A stretch of DNA of 64,000 nucleotides from Moniliella sp. 'wahieum' (GCA_003971905.1 RSEE01000017.1:558001-622000); one strand, 5' to 3'. Positions 12,248-25,041 are shown, counted from the first letter of the stretch. The notes: generated by a model from the sequence alone, not told the origin. Made by a program: numbers and translations.

Positions 12248-14551
12248 ATGTCGGGCGAGACCAAAGAGTCCAAACCATTGCCCGCCCCTGACCCGGGCGA
12301 GGCCCCGCCAGCCTATGCGTCTGAACCCCGCACGTTCCCCTCCACCTCGGACGACGATACGACTCAAACCGTCACGCCAGACGAGTGTGTTGCCCACTTA
12401 CGCCTGCTCGCTGTGTTTGCCGATTTGCGCGACTCGATCGCCCATACCGATGGCATGTTTGGCCTGTGGGACAAGGACGTGCTGGCCGACTTTGAAGTCG
12501 AAGACGATCGAAACAAGGCGCTCGCGCTGGTACGGGAGAAGCGCTGGGCAGTGTATGTGGCACGAGCGGCAGATCGGTTCGAACGGTTTTGGTTTGACTG
12601 TCTGCCTAGGTCGACGGGACCTGACATTACGCTCGATATCGTCGACTCTAGTACACGCTTATACAAGGACGTGATAGCCAATTCAAAGTGTGTCGGACGG
12701 GCGGCTCTGGAAGAAGGTGGACAAGTTGCCCCCTGGATGTGTTGATGGTTTGGCATGCATTTTGCCTCAACCCGATCAACTATCTTGAAGATTGTCTCCG
12801 CACGCATCGGATGCAGGTTTGGTACGCTGGCTTCCCCTGGGCCCTGATCGACAAATGTATCAACGACTCGCTCGATTACTTGCCGCCCGCCAAAGCTGCC
12901 GAGAAGTTCCAAGCGCGCACCGGTCGCGCCTGGCGCAACCAGGAAGATAAGAAGGGCAAGATGGTCGTCTGTCCCCGTTGTGCGCGAGAGCAGGAAGTGC
13001 CGTGGGTCACAGCGGGTCGACTGGGCTCGTTGGCCAAGCCGTGGTTCGATGCCCAAAAGGGGTTTACCGACTCCAACTGGCTTACTACCTGCTCCGCCTG
13101 CTCGTACCGCATCAACCACAGTGACTTGCGTGTGGCCAAGTTCCGTGCGGATTTTCAGGAACTCAAGTTGCGCGATATCGTCATGCCAGGCACCATGTTT
13201 TCGTTTGATGGACGTCCTATGTACGAAGAGTCCAGGTCCAGCATGCACCAGTCGTACGGCAGCCACTTTTTACTAAAGGGGGTCTACGTGCAGCTTGACA
13301 GAAAGCTCGACTTGAATCTCACTCCCCATGCTACCATCCAAGACGTGTGCAAAGTTATCCAAAAGGGGTTTAGCGACCGGGACGTGGTGCGGCAAGTAGG
13401 CAACCGTCAAAATGTGCTTCAGCGCGTGGCTAAGGTCCGACGCGTGGGGATTCGGTTGATGATGTCGCGCTATTGGGAAAATTCGTGTCCGTTTGGACTC
13501 GAGTTGGTCGGCGCGGTTCTGCGGCAAGGTACATTTGTTCGCAAGATGGATGAGATTGATTGGTTGCATTCGCCCGCGCTGCAACAGACCATGACTCGAT
13601 CAATTGACAAGTACCTCATCTTTCTCCAAATCATCAAAAAGTTTCCTGGCGACATGGCCGTACCCACCTTGGACGTCGACTTGGCATGGCACACGCACCA
13701 GCTCGCTCCGGCACGCTACCATGCCTACACGATGCACCATATGGGCCGCATACTCAACCATGATGATAAAGTAGCTTCGGGCCAGTTGAGCGATGCGTTC
13801 GAACGCACATCCAAACGGTACAGTAGCTTGACCAATGGCCAGCCTTACTCCCAGTGCACTTGCTGGTACTGCGAGGCAGTACGTGAAGGCCATACCAACT
13901 CTGCTTCTCCGGCCTACTGGTTCGCCTCTTCTACAGCCTCCCTCGCTCGAGCTAATTCCGACGCCCTCCATACTAATCCTACCATCCACCGCGACACGCC
14001 TCACCGCAACGCGCACATGTCCGCTCACAACGCCGTGCCAACCGAGGGCAACCCCAAACTAGAGTCCAAAGAGACCATGCGCTACCGCCGTCTCGTTTCC
14101 AAGGCCGCAGCGGCCCAGCGGAGACTGCACAAACGCGGATTGCTCACCTCCCCTGCGAACGAGAAGAACGAGAAACAACGTCCACGGTATGAACCGACGG
14201 AATCCACCGCGTTGGCATGGGGAATCTACCCCATCTACATGCCTTACTACGCTCCTTACTACCCGGACCCATGCATCACCCCCGGCTCCAACTCGGGCAT
14301 GTACCCGTCCAACCCGGCGTGCGCGGCCATGGGATCCGGTAGCGTCGGCGCCTGCGTCGCGGGCACATGTGGTGGTGCTGTAGGCGCAGGCTCGTGCGGC
14401 GCAGCAGGGTGCGCTAACCCCGTGGGCGGGTACGCGTCGTGCCAGTCCGGTACGGGTGCGGGGGGGTGCGGAAACGTTGGCAATAACTCTGGCTGCGGAA
14501 GCGGAGGGAGGAGGGTGCGGAGGAGGAGGTGCTGGATGCGGTGGTGGGTAA
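12248..14551 (+). CDS. Glycine-rich domain-containing protein (GRDP / DUF1399 family)
   Basis: PLDVLMVWHAFCLNP, LVGAVLRQGTFVRKM, VPTLDVDLAWHTHQL, HDDKV and a C-terminal Gly/Cys-rich tail (GACVAGTCGG...GGCGGG). Frameshifts near 12700 and 14510; no intron seen. Confidence 0.88.
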
Positions 14552-14560
14552 TGTGCAGCT

Positions 14561-14635
14561 GGTTGGTTGTTGGTTGGTTGCTGGTTGGTTGCTGGTTGGT
14601 TGCTGGTTGGTTGCTGTGGTTGCTGATTGCTGGTT
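14561..14635 (+). repeat. Imperfect (GGTT/GTTGCT)n microsatellite
   Basis: ggttggttgttggttggttgctggttggttgctggttggttgctggttggttg immediately after the GRDP stop. Confidence 0.8.
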
Positions 14636-15221
14636 GATGATTCAATGCTCTGCTTATGCCTACTAAGGAATACCTCCTCTTCTTCTTCAAGGCACCGCAG
14701 GTGTCGGTATGTGATGCCATATCATTGACCATGACGCCTATATAGTTTTGCTGTGGCGCTTGTGGTGTACATAGGATGCCCCCCGGTGAACATATACTGA
14801 TGAATCTCCATGTTATAAGGAGGGCGGTCGATGGCCTCTCGTAGGTGCAACTATGCCAATAATCTTGATGACCTATACACACGCTGCTCCATCCTGGGAG
14901 TGTCTGACTTGCAGCCAGTAACACACAGCTAACACCCAAACTAGAGGATCTTTCCTTAGCTTCTATACTACACCCGCTCCTCGGTTCGACCACGATCTGA
15001 GGCGGGACAGACCGTGCGTGGCTCCGATCGGCTATCAGAGGGGCTTGCATCCCTCAACTACATGGGTAGGTCCCACTTCGGGGCTCGTCCCATGACACTA
15101 GGCTATATCTATTGGCTTGATCTTCTGTCTATCCGTTTCTCAACTTGAACTCTGGCTCCAGGGAAGCCTGTTTTGCTTGCTCGTTACATGTTGAAGCGAT
15201 AGCTGGGCATTTTGCCCAGCA

Positions 15222-15319
15222 GGCGAGATAGCGAAGTGGTCTAACGCGCTGTGTTAAGGAATCCTTTGGAATCCGCAACCGCAGTCCTCCGGGGCGTGGG
15301 TTCGAATCCCCTCTCGTCA
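15222..15319 (+). tRNA. tRNA-Leu (anticodon AAG) with 19-nt intron (15260-15278)
   Basis: Acceptor stem GGCGAGA/TCTCGTC+A, A-box TAGCGAAGTGG, anticodon stem CTGTG/CGCAG with loop TT-AAG-G^C, long variable arm, GGTTCGAATCC, T5 terminator at 15325. One base is missing from the T-stem relative to the second copy. Confidence 0.93.
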
Positions 15320-16368
15320 CTACATTTTTGTTGGTATTTTGTCGCCTTCGCTCCACTCACTTGTGGATTGATATCGACGCTCAAGGCTCCTGCTCAGGGC
15401 CCAAGTGCTAGCTAATACCACCACGACGAAAGAGATCATACATCATTCATTGGTCGTACAACCTCCTGCCCCAAGCTTCAAGCTTCAAACTTCAAGCTTC
15501 AAGCCGTCTAACGCAACCTTTTTGTTTATCCAGCAAGTCCTTGGCGCGGGTACGAATGAGGGTACCACGCCCCCTATACTGCCCTGTCGTCCTCGGTGCC
15601 AGACCCAGGACTGACCCCAATCCGCAAATCGGTGGCCCTCCCGACCTGCTTGTTACCTCTACCTCTACCTCTGGCATGGAACGTCATCAGTTGCATCGCT
15701 CGCCTACATCGCTCGCCTAGTTGTACATCCTCTACGAAGTGCTTCGTACCGCAGACGTACGTTTTTCTTTGCTTGACACAGGTGCTCGGCGCCCACTTCT
15801 ACCTTCTCCTTCAGTTCTATTACCACAGACGCATTGGGCAAGCTCATGTCCTGCTTCTCTGTCCTGGTTCCGGCCTCGACCTATTTTTCGATTTGACATT
15901 TGGCATTTGGCTTCTGGCTTCTGGCTTTTGGCTTTTGGCTTGTGGCCCTTGGCTCGACCCGTGCAACACCTAGCCAGCAATACTTACCTAGTGCTACGCT
16001 ATGGAAGCAAGAATCGGGCACGCGGAGGGGTGGGTGGGGGGGGGGAGGGGTAGAGCCGCCATCGGTCTGGTTGGATGGGATTACAAGTTGAAGGGAACAA
16101 ACGTGTCACAGCATAAGCTAGAGGGCCCGAGGGCACACGAAAGAAATGCCAAGCCGGGGACTGAAGGCCAGGGCATACTTTGCAAGTGAGCATGCTTTGG
16201 CTTTGCTTAGTCCGCCTGGCAGGCTAGAAAGGATAGAAGGAGGGGCAGAAGCAGGCGAGAGGGGAAGGAAATGGGATAATGGGATTTTGACGGCACATGC
16301 GCACTCTTCTTCATAGAAAGTGAGAGTGCGAATTTCCAGGCGAGAGGGTACAAAGCTAGCGAGCGGGA

Positions 16369-17934
16369 CTACTCTTCCGCTTCGCCCTCAAAGCCATTCG
16401 CTTCGTATGCATCCTCAGCCGGTGCCATCCCATCTTCCTCAACGTACTCCTCCTCGTATCCATCTTCCAAGAGCTCGTCTTCGTCGATGCTGGCCTCTTG
16501 GTACTGCTGGTACTCGGAAACAAGGTCCATGAGGTTGGACTCGGCCTCGGTAAACTCCATCTCGTCCATACCTTCGTTGGTGTACCAGTGGAGGAAAGCG
16601 CGGCGACGGAACATGGCGGAAAATTGGGCTTGCGTCCGCTTGAACAGTTCCTGAACCGAGGTGGTGTTGCCAATAAAGGTGGCGCTGACCGGCGAGTCAA
16701 CCGGCGGCACGTCACACAGCGAAGTGGTGATGTTTTGCGGGATCCAGTCAACAAAGCCCGAACTGCTCTTCTGCTGTGCCTGGAACATATCTTCCACATC
16801 TTTGCTCTTGATTGTCTTGCCACGGAAGTTGGCACCAACAGTAAGGTACTTGCCCACTGAAGCACAGCAATTCGCCTAGTCAGCAATCTGCTCCACAGGT
16901 CATTTACAAAGAAAAAAAGAGGGACATACAACGAGCGTCGACGGCAGCCATGGTGTTACCGGGCGCAAGGCCCTGCTGGACCAGCTCAGCCACCTTGAGG
17001 TTGGTGTAGGCCTTGGATCCAAGCGAAACAAGGGGCGCGTAGCCAACGGTAAAGAAGTGAAGACGCGGGAAGGGAACCATGTTGACCGCAAGCTTGCGCA
17101 GGTCCGAGTTGAGCTGACCTGGGAACCGAAGTGTCGTCGACACACCCGACATGGCCTTGGCAATGACCTTGTTCAAGTCGGACGAGGTAGGGTCCTTGAT
17201 GCGAAGCGTCTTCATGCAAATGTCAAACAGTGCCTCATTATCCAAGCAGAAGGTCATGTCGGAGTGCTCCACCAGCTGGTGGAAACTAAGCGTCGCATTG
17301 TACGGCTCGACCACCACCTCGCTCACCTTGGGGCTAGGCAAGACGGACCAAGAGGTGAGAATGCGGTCGGGGAACTCCTCACGGAGCTTGGTGATCAGGT
17401 TGGTGCCCAACCCGAGCCAGTGCCGCCACCAAGGGAGTGGAGCAGCTGGAAGCCTTGCAGGACGTCGGCCTTCTCGGCCTCCTTACGAGCCACTTCCATA
17501 ATCGAGTCGATGAGCTCGGCGCCTGAAGGGCAGAAGACAAGGGGGTCAGCAGCCACAGAGCACAAGGGAAGGCGAGCGCGTGCACAGGCGGGAGACAGAC
17601 AGACCTTCGGTGTAGTAGCCCTTGGCAAAGCTGTTGCCGGCGCCTGAGCTGCCAAAGATGAGCGAGTCGGGGCGGAAGAGCTTGGCAAGAGGGCCGTTGC
17701 GGACAACGTCGATGGTGCCAGGCTCGAGGTCGACCGTGATGTTGCGGGGGCGAAGCGGTTGCTGTCGGCCGACTCGCTGAAGAAGACATCGACCTTGCCG
17801 AGCTGGCGGTCGTCGGTGCCGACGTAGGCGCCGTCATAGTCGAGGCCGTGCTCGGCGGTGATGTTCTTCCAGAACTCGGTGCCGACCTGGGTGCCGGCCT
17901 GGCCGACGCTGAAGGTGATGATCTCGCGGCCCAT
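16369..17934 (-). CDS. Beta-tubulin, divergent paralog
   Basis: MGREII...[79 protein letters not shown], acidic tail. Introns 17523-17604 and 16857-16929. Confidence 0.96.
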
Positions 17935-18430
17935 GGTGGGAGTCGGGGGGGGGGGGGGGGGCGTAAGGGCGAAAGCAGGATGGGGTCGGCGGCGACGGCG
18001 AAGGCGTCTGTCTGGGTGACGTGGGAGCTTCTGCTAGGCCAGCCGAGTGCGCCTTAGCCCAGGCAGGCGCTCCGCCCTCGGCGGCCAACCAACACGAGGC
18101 GCCGCGCTGCCACGCCGCGCCACGGCGCCAGTGTGCGCCCTGCCCCGGCACAGGCGCAGTGTGTGACCGCGCGCGCCGCTTCAATTCAATTCGCCGCGGC
18201 CGCGCGCGTCGCGAGACTGCCGCGCGGCAGGGGGCAGCCAGCTGCCATATCACATTTCACATTTCAACTGCAATGTTCAACTGCTCAGCCGCCCCTCGGC
18301 CGCTGGGTAAATGATTCAATTCATTACTGCGGCCGTCTGTCAGCCTCCCGCCCCCAGCAGTCGCCCTTTGGAGCGAACGTGGCTCTTCGCATCCGTCTAT
18401 CCGTCTCTCACCCCCCCCTCTTCCCACCTG

Positions 18431-19210
18431 TCAGGCGCGCTCGTGCTTGTAGATAGGAGTCACTGCGGGCACAGCCCATGGTACGGCATGCCACGATCCA
18501 TCCTCATCGGCCTTCCCTCTTCTGAGATCGGATGGTGCAAGAGGAGGGAGAGGAGGGAAGGGCGACGCGGCCAGGGCGAGGAGCAGCACGAGCAGGACCA
18601 ACGCCCACAGTGTTGGACGAGGACGCGGTGGAAGTAGTAGGGCGGTCCTAGAATCCAAAGCAGAGCACGCTCCTGTTGCTGGCGCAGGGTGTTTCGCTAC
18701 CGCGTCCAGCGCACGTGCCAGAGCAACCGCACTTGGCTCGACTTGGGCCACGCCAAGGCGGAGCGCAATGTACGTGGCGAGCAGGTGGCAGCAGAATGGG
18801 GCAGGTCCGCGTAGGGACAAAGGCAGAGGCCCAGAGCAGGATAGGTGAGGTAGCCGCCCGCCTGGGCTTGTTGGGCCGCAGGAGGGGCAAGATCAGGATC
18901 CAGCCCAGATCCCGTCGTGGCTTCCGTCGTGGTCAAGACGGAACGCGGTTCGAACGGCCGCGGAAGTAGACGCACTGGGCGGGGGGGGGCATGAGGCAAG
19001 AGTGGGTTAGGCCGTGGCAAGCGGGCGTGGCAGAGCGCGAGCGCGGGGAACGGTCGTCGTACCTTGGCCTTGGTCCACGAGGTCGAGCGCAGGCAGCAGC
19101 TCGCTGTCCACCGCCTGGGCAAGGTGCAAGAGACACGGTTCATCCACTGGGCCGCCGCGGGGGATGCGGTCAATGAGGGTGGTGAGGAGCGCGTGGCGGG
19201 GCCAGTCCAT
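18431..19210 (-). CDS. SWIM zinc-finger protein, Sws1/ZSWIM7-like (3' end uncertain)
   Basis: Short helical N-terminus ending LLPALDLVDQG, intron 18975-19062 (gtacga...gctaac...cccag), then YLTYPALGLCLCPY and, across a frameshift, FCCHLLATYIALRLG, i.e. the SWIM CxC...CxH signature in the Sws1-type context CxHLLA. Confidence 0.65.
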
Positions 19211-20646
19211 TGGCGGCGGGAGGGGAGCATGCAGGCATAATGCTGGCCGATCCCAGTGGCCGCGACGCGCGCCTTCCACGTGGCAGTTTGTTTCGTAATT
19301 TCATTCTGGGATTGGATTCGCATTGGGTGTTTCGATGCGGGTGGCCTGTGCGCACTGCCCTGTCTCTGGCCTGCGTCTTTTTCCGCTCCTCCCCACCGCC
19401 GTCTGGTGGGCGTCTGACAGGGCCCACTTTTCCTGTTGGTATGTTAATCCAGCGACGATCCTCTCAACCGATTCGATCAGGGATCGATCATCGATCATCC
19501 CAGGCCTCGGCTCCTCCCGCCGGTTCATCGAACGGTCATCGATGAGTTCAACACAGTATACACAGTGCTCAGGTACTCATCATATGTTGTTTCCATCATA
19601 TGTTGCGCGTCCCAAAAGCCCAACGCCATACGTGCCCCCTCCATGGAAGAGCACGCGATGAGGGGGGGAGGGGAGGGATGGATTCCCAGGCGGGACAGGG
19701 CTGGGCCCAGGACAGGCTTCCGATGCGGGCTGGGCGCTAGAGTGGCAAAATGGCCAGTGCAGGGGACAGTGGCAAGAAAGGGGCAAGGCGCCAGTGTCAA
19801 ATTCAGGTGGGCAAAAGCTGAGGGCCTGTGCGTTAGTCTTCTCTGAGCCGCCCAGCCCCGCTGAGCTGGGGTTAGTACTTAGCTGGTTACCGTAGGGATA
19901 GTGGCTCCGCGCCGCATCGTCCTCATCGATCATTGAATCATCTTGAGCTTGATCGCTTAGCCCACCAGGAACCGTCGTGCAGGAGAATCAAACGTCAAAC
20001 CGTCTAGTGACGCGGTGACGGATGCTCGTCGTCTTCGATAGCCGGCAGCCTGCGAGAGCTCTCTCATCGACATTATCAATCGGGTCCAGGTATCCTCGCT
20101 TGGCTCACATATCCTGCTTGGTCCTCAGTCTGAGTATTCCGCGCAACACACGGGGTGGCCTGGTGTGGCATGTGGCTGCGAGCCAGAAGGAGCACGGTGG
20201 GGTACATGAGGATACACGGCTACAGTAGGCTAGAGGACATGGAGGGTGGATCGACACATCTATCGCCGATTCCGTTGTCCCGCTAACGCGTTACCCGGGT
20301 ACCGGCTACCCACCCACCTTGGGCCCTCTCCTGCCGTGGGACCACGGACAGGCGCTCTGCGTATATATGTATCCCAGCCGGCTGCACCCTACCAGGCGGT
20401 CCCAACCGGCGCGCTCGGGGACCCGTATTCAATCAACACGCATCATCGACATCATCGCACCCCACCCGTATCCTTTGCCGCACACGTCGCCTGTCCCCGC
20501 TTGCGCTTCTTCCCTTCTCTCCTCCCCGCCTGCTCCACGCAGGACCAACCTCACCTCAGTCGTGTCTGCCCATCTCGGCAGCATCTGACCCCTTCCACCT
20601 CTCCCCCGATCGCTTTCTCCTTCTCCTCTGCCACGCCACCATCATC

Positions 20647-22690
20647 ATGGCTACCTTTGCCACCTCCTCCACACCGAGGCCGATCTGCCCGGGGTGCAAG
20701 CCCTGGTCTATGCCCTGCGCCAGCGCTCGCCCGTGCCCCCATCCTCCTCCTTACCACTCCCGCTCTGCTTCCTGTTCACGTCCAAGCCGCGGTCCGTCGC
20801 CTCCCTGTGGATCAGGTGGTCGGGGTAGAGCCACTGAGTCGCAACAGTCTCGCCACACTCTCTCGTCCTTTCCCTTCCCCTATCTCTCCGATCCCCTCCC
20901 CTTTTGCGCCCGAGATGCCGACAGCCTTACGTGGCTGCACCTCTTCCGCCTTCTGCTCCCCAAGTCGTATACCTCGACCCACATCTCCTGCCCCTGGGCG
21001 ACCTGAGCCCACTCCTCACCACCCCCCTGGGTCCTGCGGCCGCTGCGATGGCGCCTGATCCCACTTGGCCAGACCACTACGCTACCTCACTCCTCGTCCT
21101 TCGCCCAGGCCTAGACACCTTCCATACTCTCCTCGCTGCCGCAGAGCATGGGCCTACCGATACCAGCAGCCTGCTCAGCACGCTCCCCCTCCATCGTCTT
21201 CCGTACCTGTACAACGTCCAGCCCAAGGGGGGTACATCTTTGCGCCTGCCTGGACCAAGTTCCGGTCGAGCGTGCGTGCCATCACGCTCCCGTTCCGGCC
21301 TTGGCATCGCCCTGCACCGACCATGTTGTCGTCGCGGGTGACGGGCCTTCCGCCCGCCCCAGCATTCGTCTCGGATGACAACTTGGCCGAGACGTGGGGG
21401 CGACCTATGCCGCTGCGGAGGCAGCTCCTTCCCCTCCTCCACCAAGCTACTCGCCTCTGCTTCCTGGCCGGCCCACCCTGCTCCCCCGCCATCTGCACCA
21501 TCTCCTCCATCTGCACCATCTATTGAGCCTACCGTATTGGTTCCTGAGCCAACATCGTCCTCTCCCCCTTCTGCGCCTGCGATTCCTTGGACGCATTCTA
21601 TTCCCCCCACTCCTTCTTGTCCTACTCCATCCCACGCCCCGCCTCAGGAGATGGGAGTACACCACACGGACCATGACCAAGCTCCGTACACCGACCGCCG
21701 CCTGCGCCTGAGCATGCGCCTTTCCTTTCCAACTCCTCCCTTGCTTCACAGCATTTTCCCGCCCCCACCCACGTCTTCCCAAGACACGTATACTTCCTGG
21801 CCAACCGAGGGGCAGGAGGCGCAACGCACGCCCCACCTCCGCCTTTGGCTCCGCACACAGTGCTGCCGTGCCGGACTACCCCAACGCATGGTCTACGCCC
21901 CGTACTGACCACGTCTGGCACCACCATACTCTACTTGAGTTGGCACAGGAGGACCGGGCGCATCAAGCGCGTCAACCGGCCATCTTGCGCACGTTGGCTC
22001 ACCACGATCCTAGTGGGCCGTTTACCTCGCTCCTCCCGCGTCGGTCGGGACAGGGTCCCAGCCCGACCACCATGACCATCAGGCGTACCACGGGCACAGC
22101 GGGCCACGGGTACCAGTACCAACCCGGTCCCTCCGACGCGCCTGCACAGGCTCAACAGGCTCCACAGGCCCAGCCCCCAGCTCAGGAACAGCATCCCTGG
22201 TCCCACCATGCCCTACCTCCTACCCGTGTCTTCCCCCCCGAGTGGGCGGAACGGCCGAGGCAGAAACCCAGTGGGAACGCAACCCCCCCGCCGAACCAAC
22301 CCCAACCGCACCAGCACCGGGGACCACATCTACCCCAACCTCAGCCGCAACCGCAATCCCAGCCCCAATGGGAGCTCCCAACCGAGGAAACCTGGGTGAC
22401 GCGCATGCTCATGCTGCACCCGAAGGGGGAGGGTAGAGCCAGGGACGCGAGGTGGGATGCCGCGGTACATCCGGTACGCCAATGCGTGGGATATCGTGCG
22501 GGAGGGGCGGAGGAGGCGGAGGAGGTAGGGGAGAGGAGGGAGGTGGCCCGGACGGGACGTACGCGCGTACGTGCCCAGGAGAGCCAAGCTTGGGCTAGGG
22601 TCGTGGCCAAACATGAATGTGTGGCGCAGTGCGGTGCGTGTGCCATGTCCTGTTCCCCCGCGAGGAAGGCGGCGCGCACGCTCCGTGTAG
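20647..22690 (+). CDS. Glycogenin-like GT8 protein with degenerate active site and long Pro/Gln-rich C-terminus (3' end approximate)
   Basis: Across frameshifts: MATFATL..TEADLPG, LTWLHLFRL, VVYLDPHLLPL, MAPDPTWPD, LHRLPYLYNV, YIFAPAWTKF, RPW, and C-terminal YPNAW / YANAWD motifs. Order and spacing match fungal glycogenins. Confidence 0.7.
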
Positions 22691-22988
22691 TCTACGCGAG
22701 GGCGGAGCGCGTGGGAACGGTCAGTAGCCTCAATCACTTTGATTCGCTTCGTGGTTGCCTTGGCGCAACGCGTACGAGGGCAAGAAGGCAAGAAGGCAAA
22801 AGGTGGCTAACGGGCTGCTGCAGGCGTACTGTGTCCTTCTTGGCGGGTGTCTTTCTCTGTAGGCTATAAGTAGCCATGGGGCTCTGCAAGGCATATCATC
22901 GGCTATCTCGCCGTTTCCATTTCCTAGCAGTAGACAGATGAAGGTACAGAAAAAAAGGATTTGGCCAGGAGATGAGCGTCGCCGTAGC

Positions 22989-24114
22989 TCAAGCCTGGGG
23001 CAGGGAGGGGTAGACTTCGCGACTGACGTCGTGCACGCACTGCAAAAAGTGACGGAGATGGTCGGGGTCGACACCGGGAGTGATGCCATGGCCCAAGTTA
23101 GTTAGCAATATGTTTGCCCGGGCCGGCGCCGCCGAGATCAGGGCGAATCATGGCTTGGACGCCCTTGGTGATCGCATCCTTGCCTGCGTACAACAGACTG
23201 GGATCCATATTGCCCTGGAGGGTTTTGGAGGTAAGCTTGCGTGCCGTGGGGGGGTGACGGTCCAATCCAGCGCCAACACATCGTATTCGATCGCATCGAG
23301 CGCGGGCAGTGCATGGCCCCCGACACCCTTGGCAAACAAAAATCATGGTACCGCCTCCGACCCCAACTGCGCCTTGACCTCATGCGCAATCCGGGTGAGG
23401 TAGGGCAAACTCCAACGAGCAAAGTCGGTCGGACTCAAGACGCCCGCCCAAGAATCAAATACCTGGACAGCTTGCGCGCCCGCTCGCACCTGTGCCACCA
23501 AAAAGTCAATGGCAACCGTCGTGATGCGCGACAAGAGCTCTTCCGCCGCCTCGGGCGAGTCCCAAAGCCACACTTTGGCCTTCTCATAGTCCTTCGAACC
23601 ACCACCTTGCACCATGTAGGCCATCAACGTCCATGGCGCACCACAGAAGCCTAGTAGTGGCACCGCGCCATCAAGTTTGGTGCGCGTGAGCGTGATCGCA
23701 TCCAACACGTACCCAAGCGTGGCCCGCACATCCACATCGCGCACAAGGCGCTTGAGATGGGTAGGGTCAACGAGCGGCGCTGGGAAAGAAGGTCCCTTGC
23801 CCGGTACCATCTCCACTTCGAGCCCCATGGCTTGCGGAATAACAAGAATGTCCGAGAAGATGATGGCAGCATCGAGAAGACCTTGGAACCGCCGGATAGG
23901 CTGGAGCGTCAACTCGCTTGCTAGCTCCGGCGTACGGCAGCAGTGGAAAAAGTCATTCTCCACCCGCGCGCACGGAATTCGGGAAGGTAGCGCCCAGCTT
24001 GCCGCATCACCCATACGGGCGCACGCTCCGTAGGCTCCCCGCGCGCAGCACGCAGAAGCAGATCGTGCTTGAGCGGAGGGAGGGGGGGGCGGCGGAGGTG
24101 GTGGTGCTGGCCAT
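22989..24114 (-). CDS. HEM12: Uroporphyrinogen decarboxylase
   Basis: [79 protein letters not shown]. Confidence 0.97.
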
Positions 24115-25041
24115 GGGTGGTGGTGGTGGTGGTAGTGAGGGCTGGGCGCCTGGGAGGTTTCTTCTTGCGTCCCACGGCGCACAGATCGGATCAATGTGGC
24201 CCCGCAGACCGGGTTATGTAATGCAATCGGCGTCCCGAGCGTCCTTTTCCATTTGGCTTCCCACCGCATTCGCATTCCCATCCACTGGAAGGATGATTGA
24301 TTGCTCGCCCCCCCCATCGCCACCTTCGTTGGTGTCCCTGGTCTAGGCGCAGGCAAGGACGCTTGCCGCATCCACATCCCCCTTCCGCCCTGTAGACGCC
24401 GTTCCACACAGCCCCTCCTGGCCCATCTTCGTCGGCCAATCCCGCTGGACGGTCCCGCCTCCGCTGGGCTTGGAACGTGGGTCTCTATTACTAGTCCGCG
24501 ATTGAGGGCCGGACGCAGGGGAGCAGCACTACGACCTGACTGCGTTGGAGAGGACGGAAGAGGAACGTGTTGTACTACTATCTTGTGCTGACCCGGCAAC
24601 GCACCCCTTCGCTCTCTCTCCAGCGCGCAACCGGACGACCAAGCCTCGTTCGCCCCCTGGCCGGATGTTCCTTCGCCCTGCCCAAGACAGATAAGGCCGA
24701 GGAAGTTGGTGGGGAACGAGGCGACGAGGAGGGAGGCATGGATTGAGGGGTGGGCAATGATTCATGATTCATGGTTGCGGGATGGAGCACTCGAGGGGGA
24801 AATTGTGATTGCAGGCGAGGTAGATGGGGGAGCACGAGAGATGGTGACCATCCGGCGCCACACGCGCGCGGGCGGAATTGTGAAATGGAGGGGCCGGCCG
24901 TACTTGAGGTTCTTACCCGGCCTTGCCCCTGCGCCACCTGGGTGGGGCGGGGCGAGGTCTGCGTCTCCCCGACCACCACCTCTACCACCACCACCACCCC
25001 CCCCTTCCGTCCCCTCCCCTCTCCCCCTGGAGCCCGGCACG

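Noticed and set aside
15980..15992. ATACTTACCTAG resembling the U1 snRNA 5' end
   Set aside because: No U1-70K loop, no ATTGCAC loop and no Sm site at the expected distance downstream.
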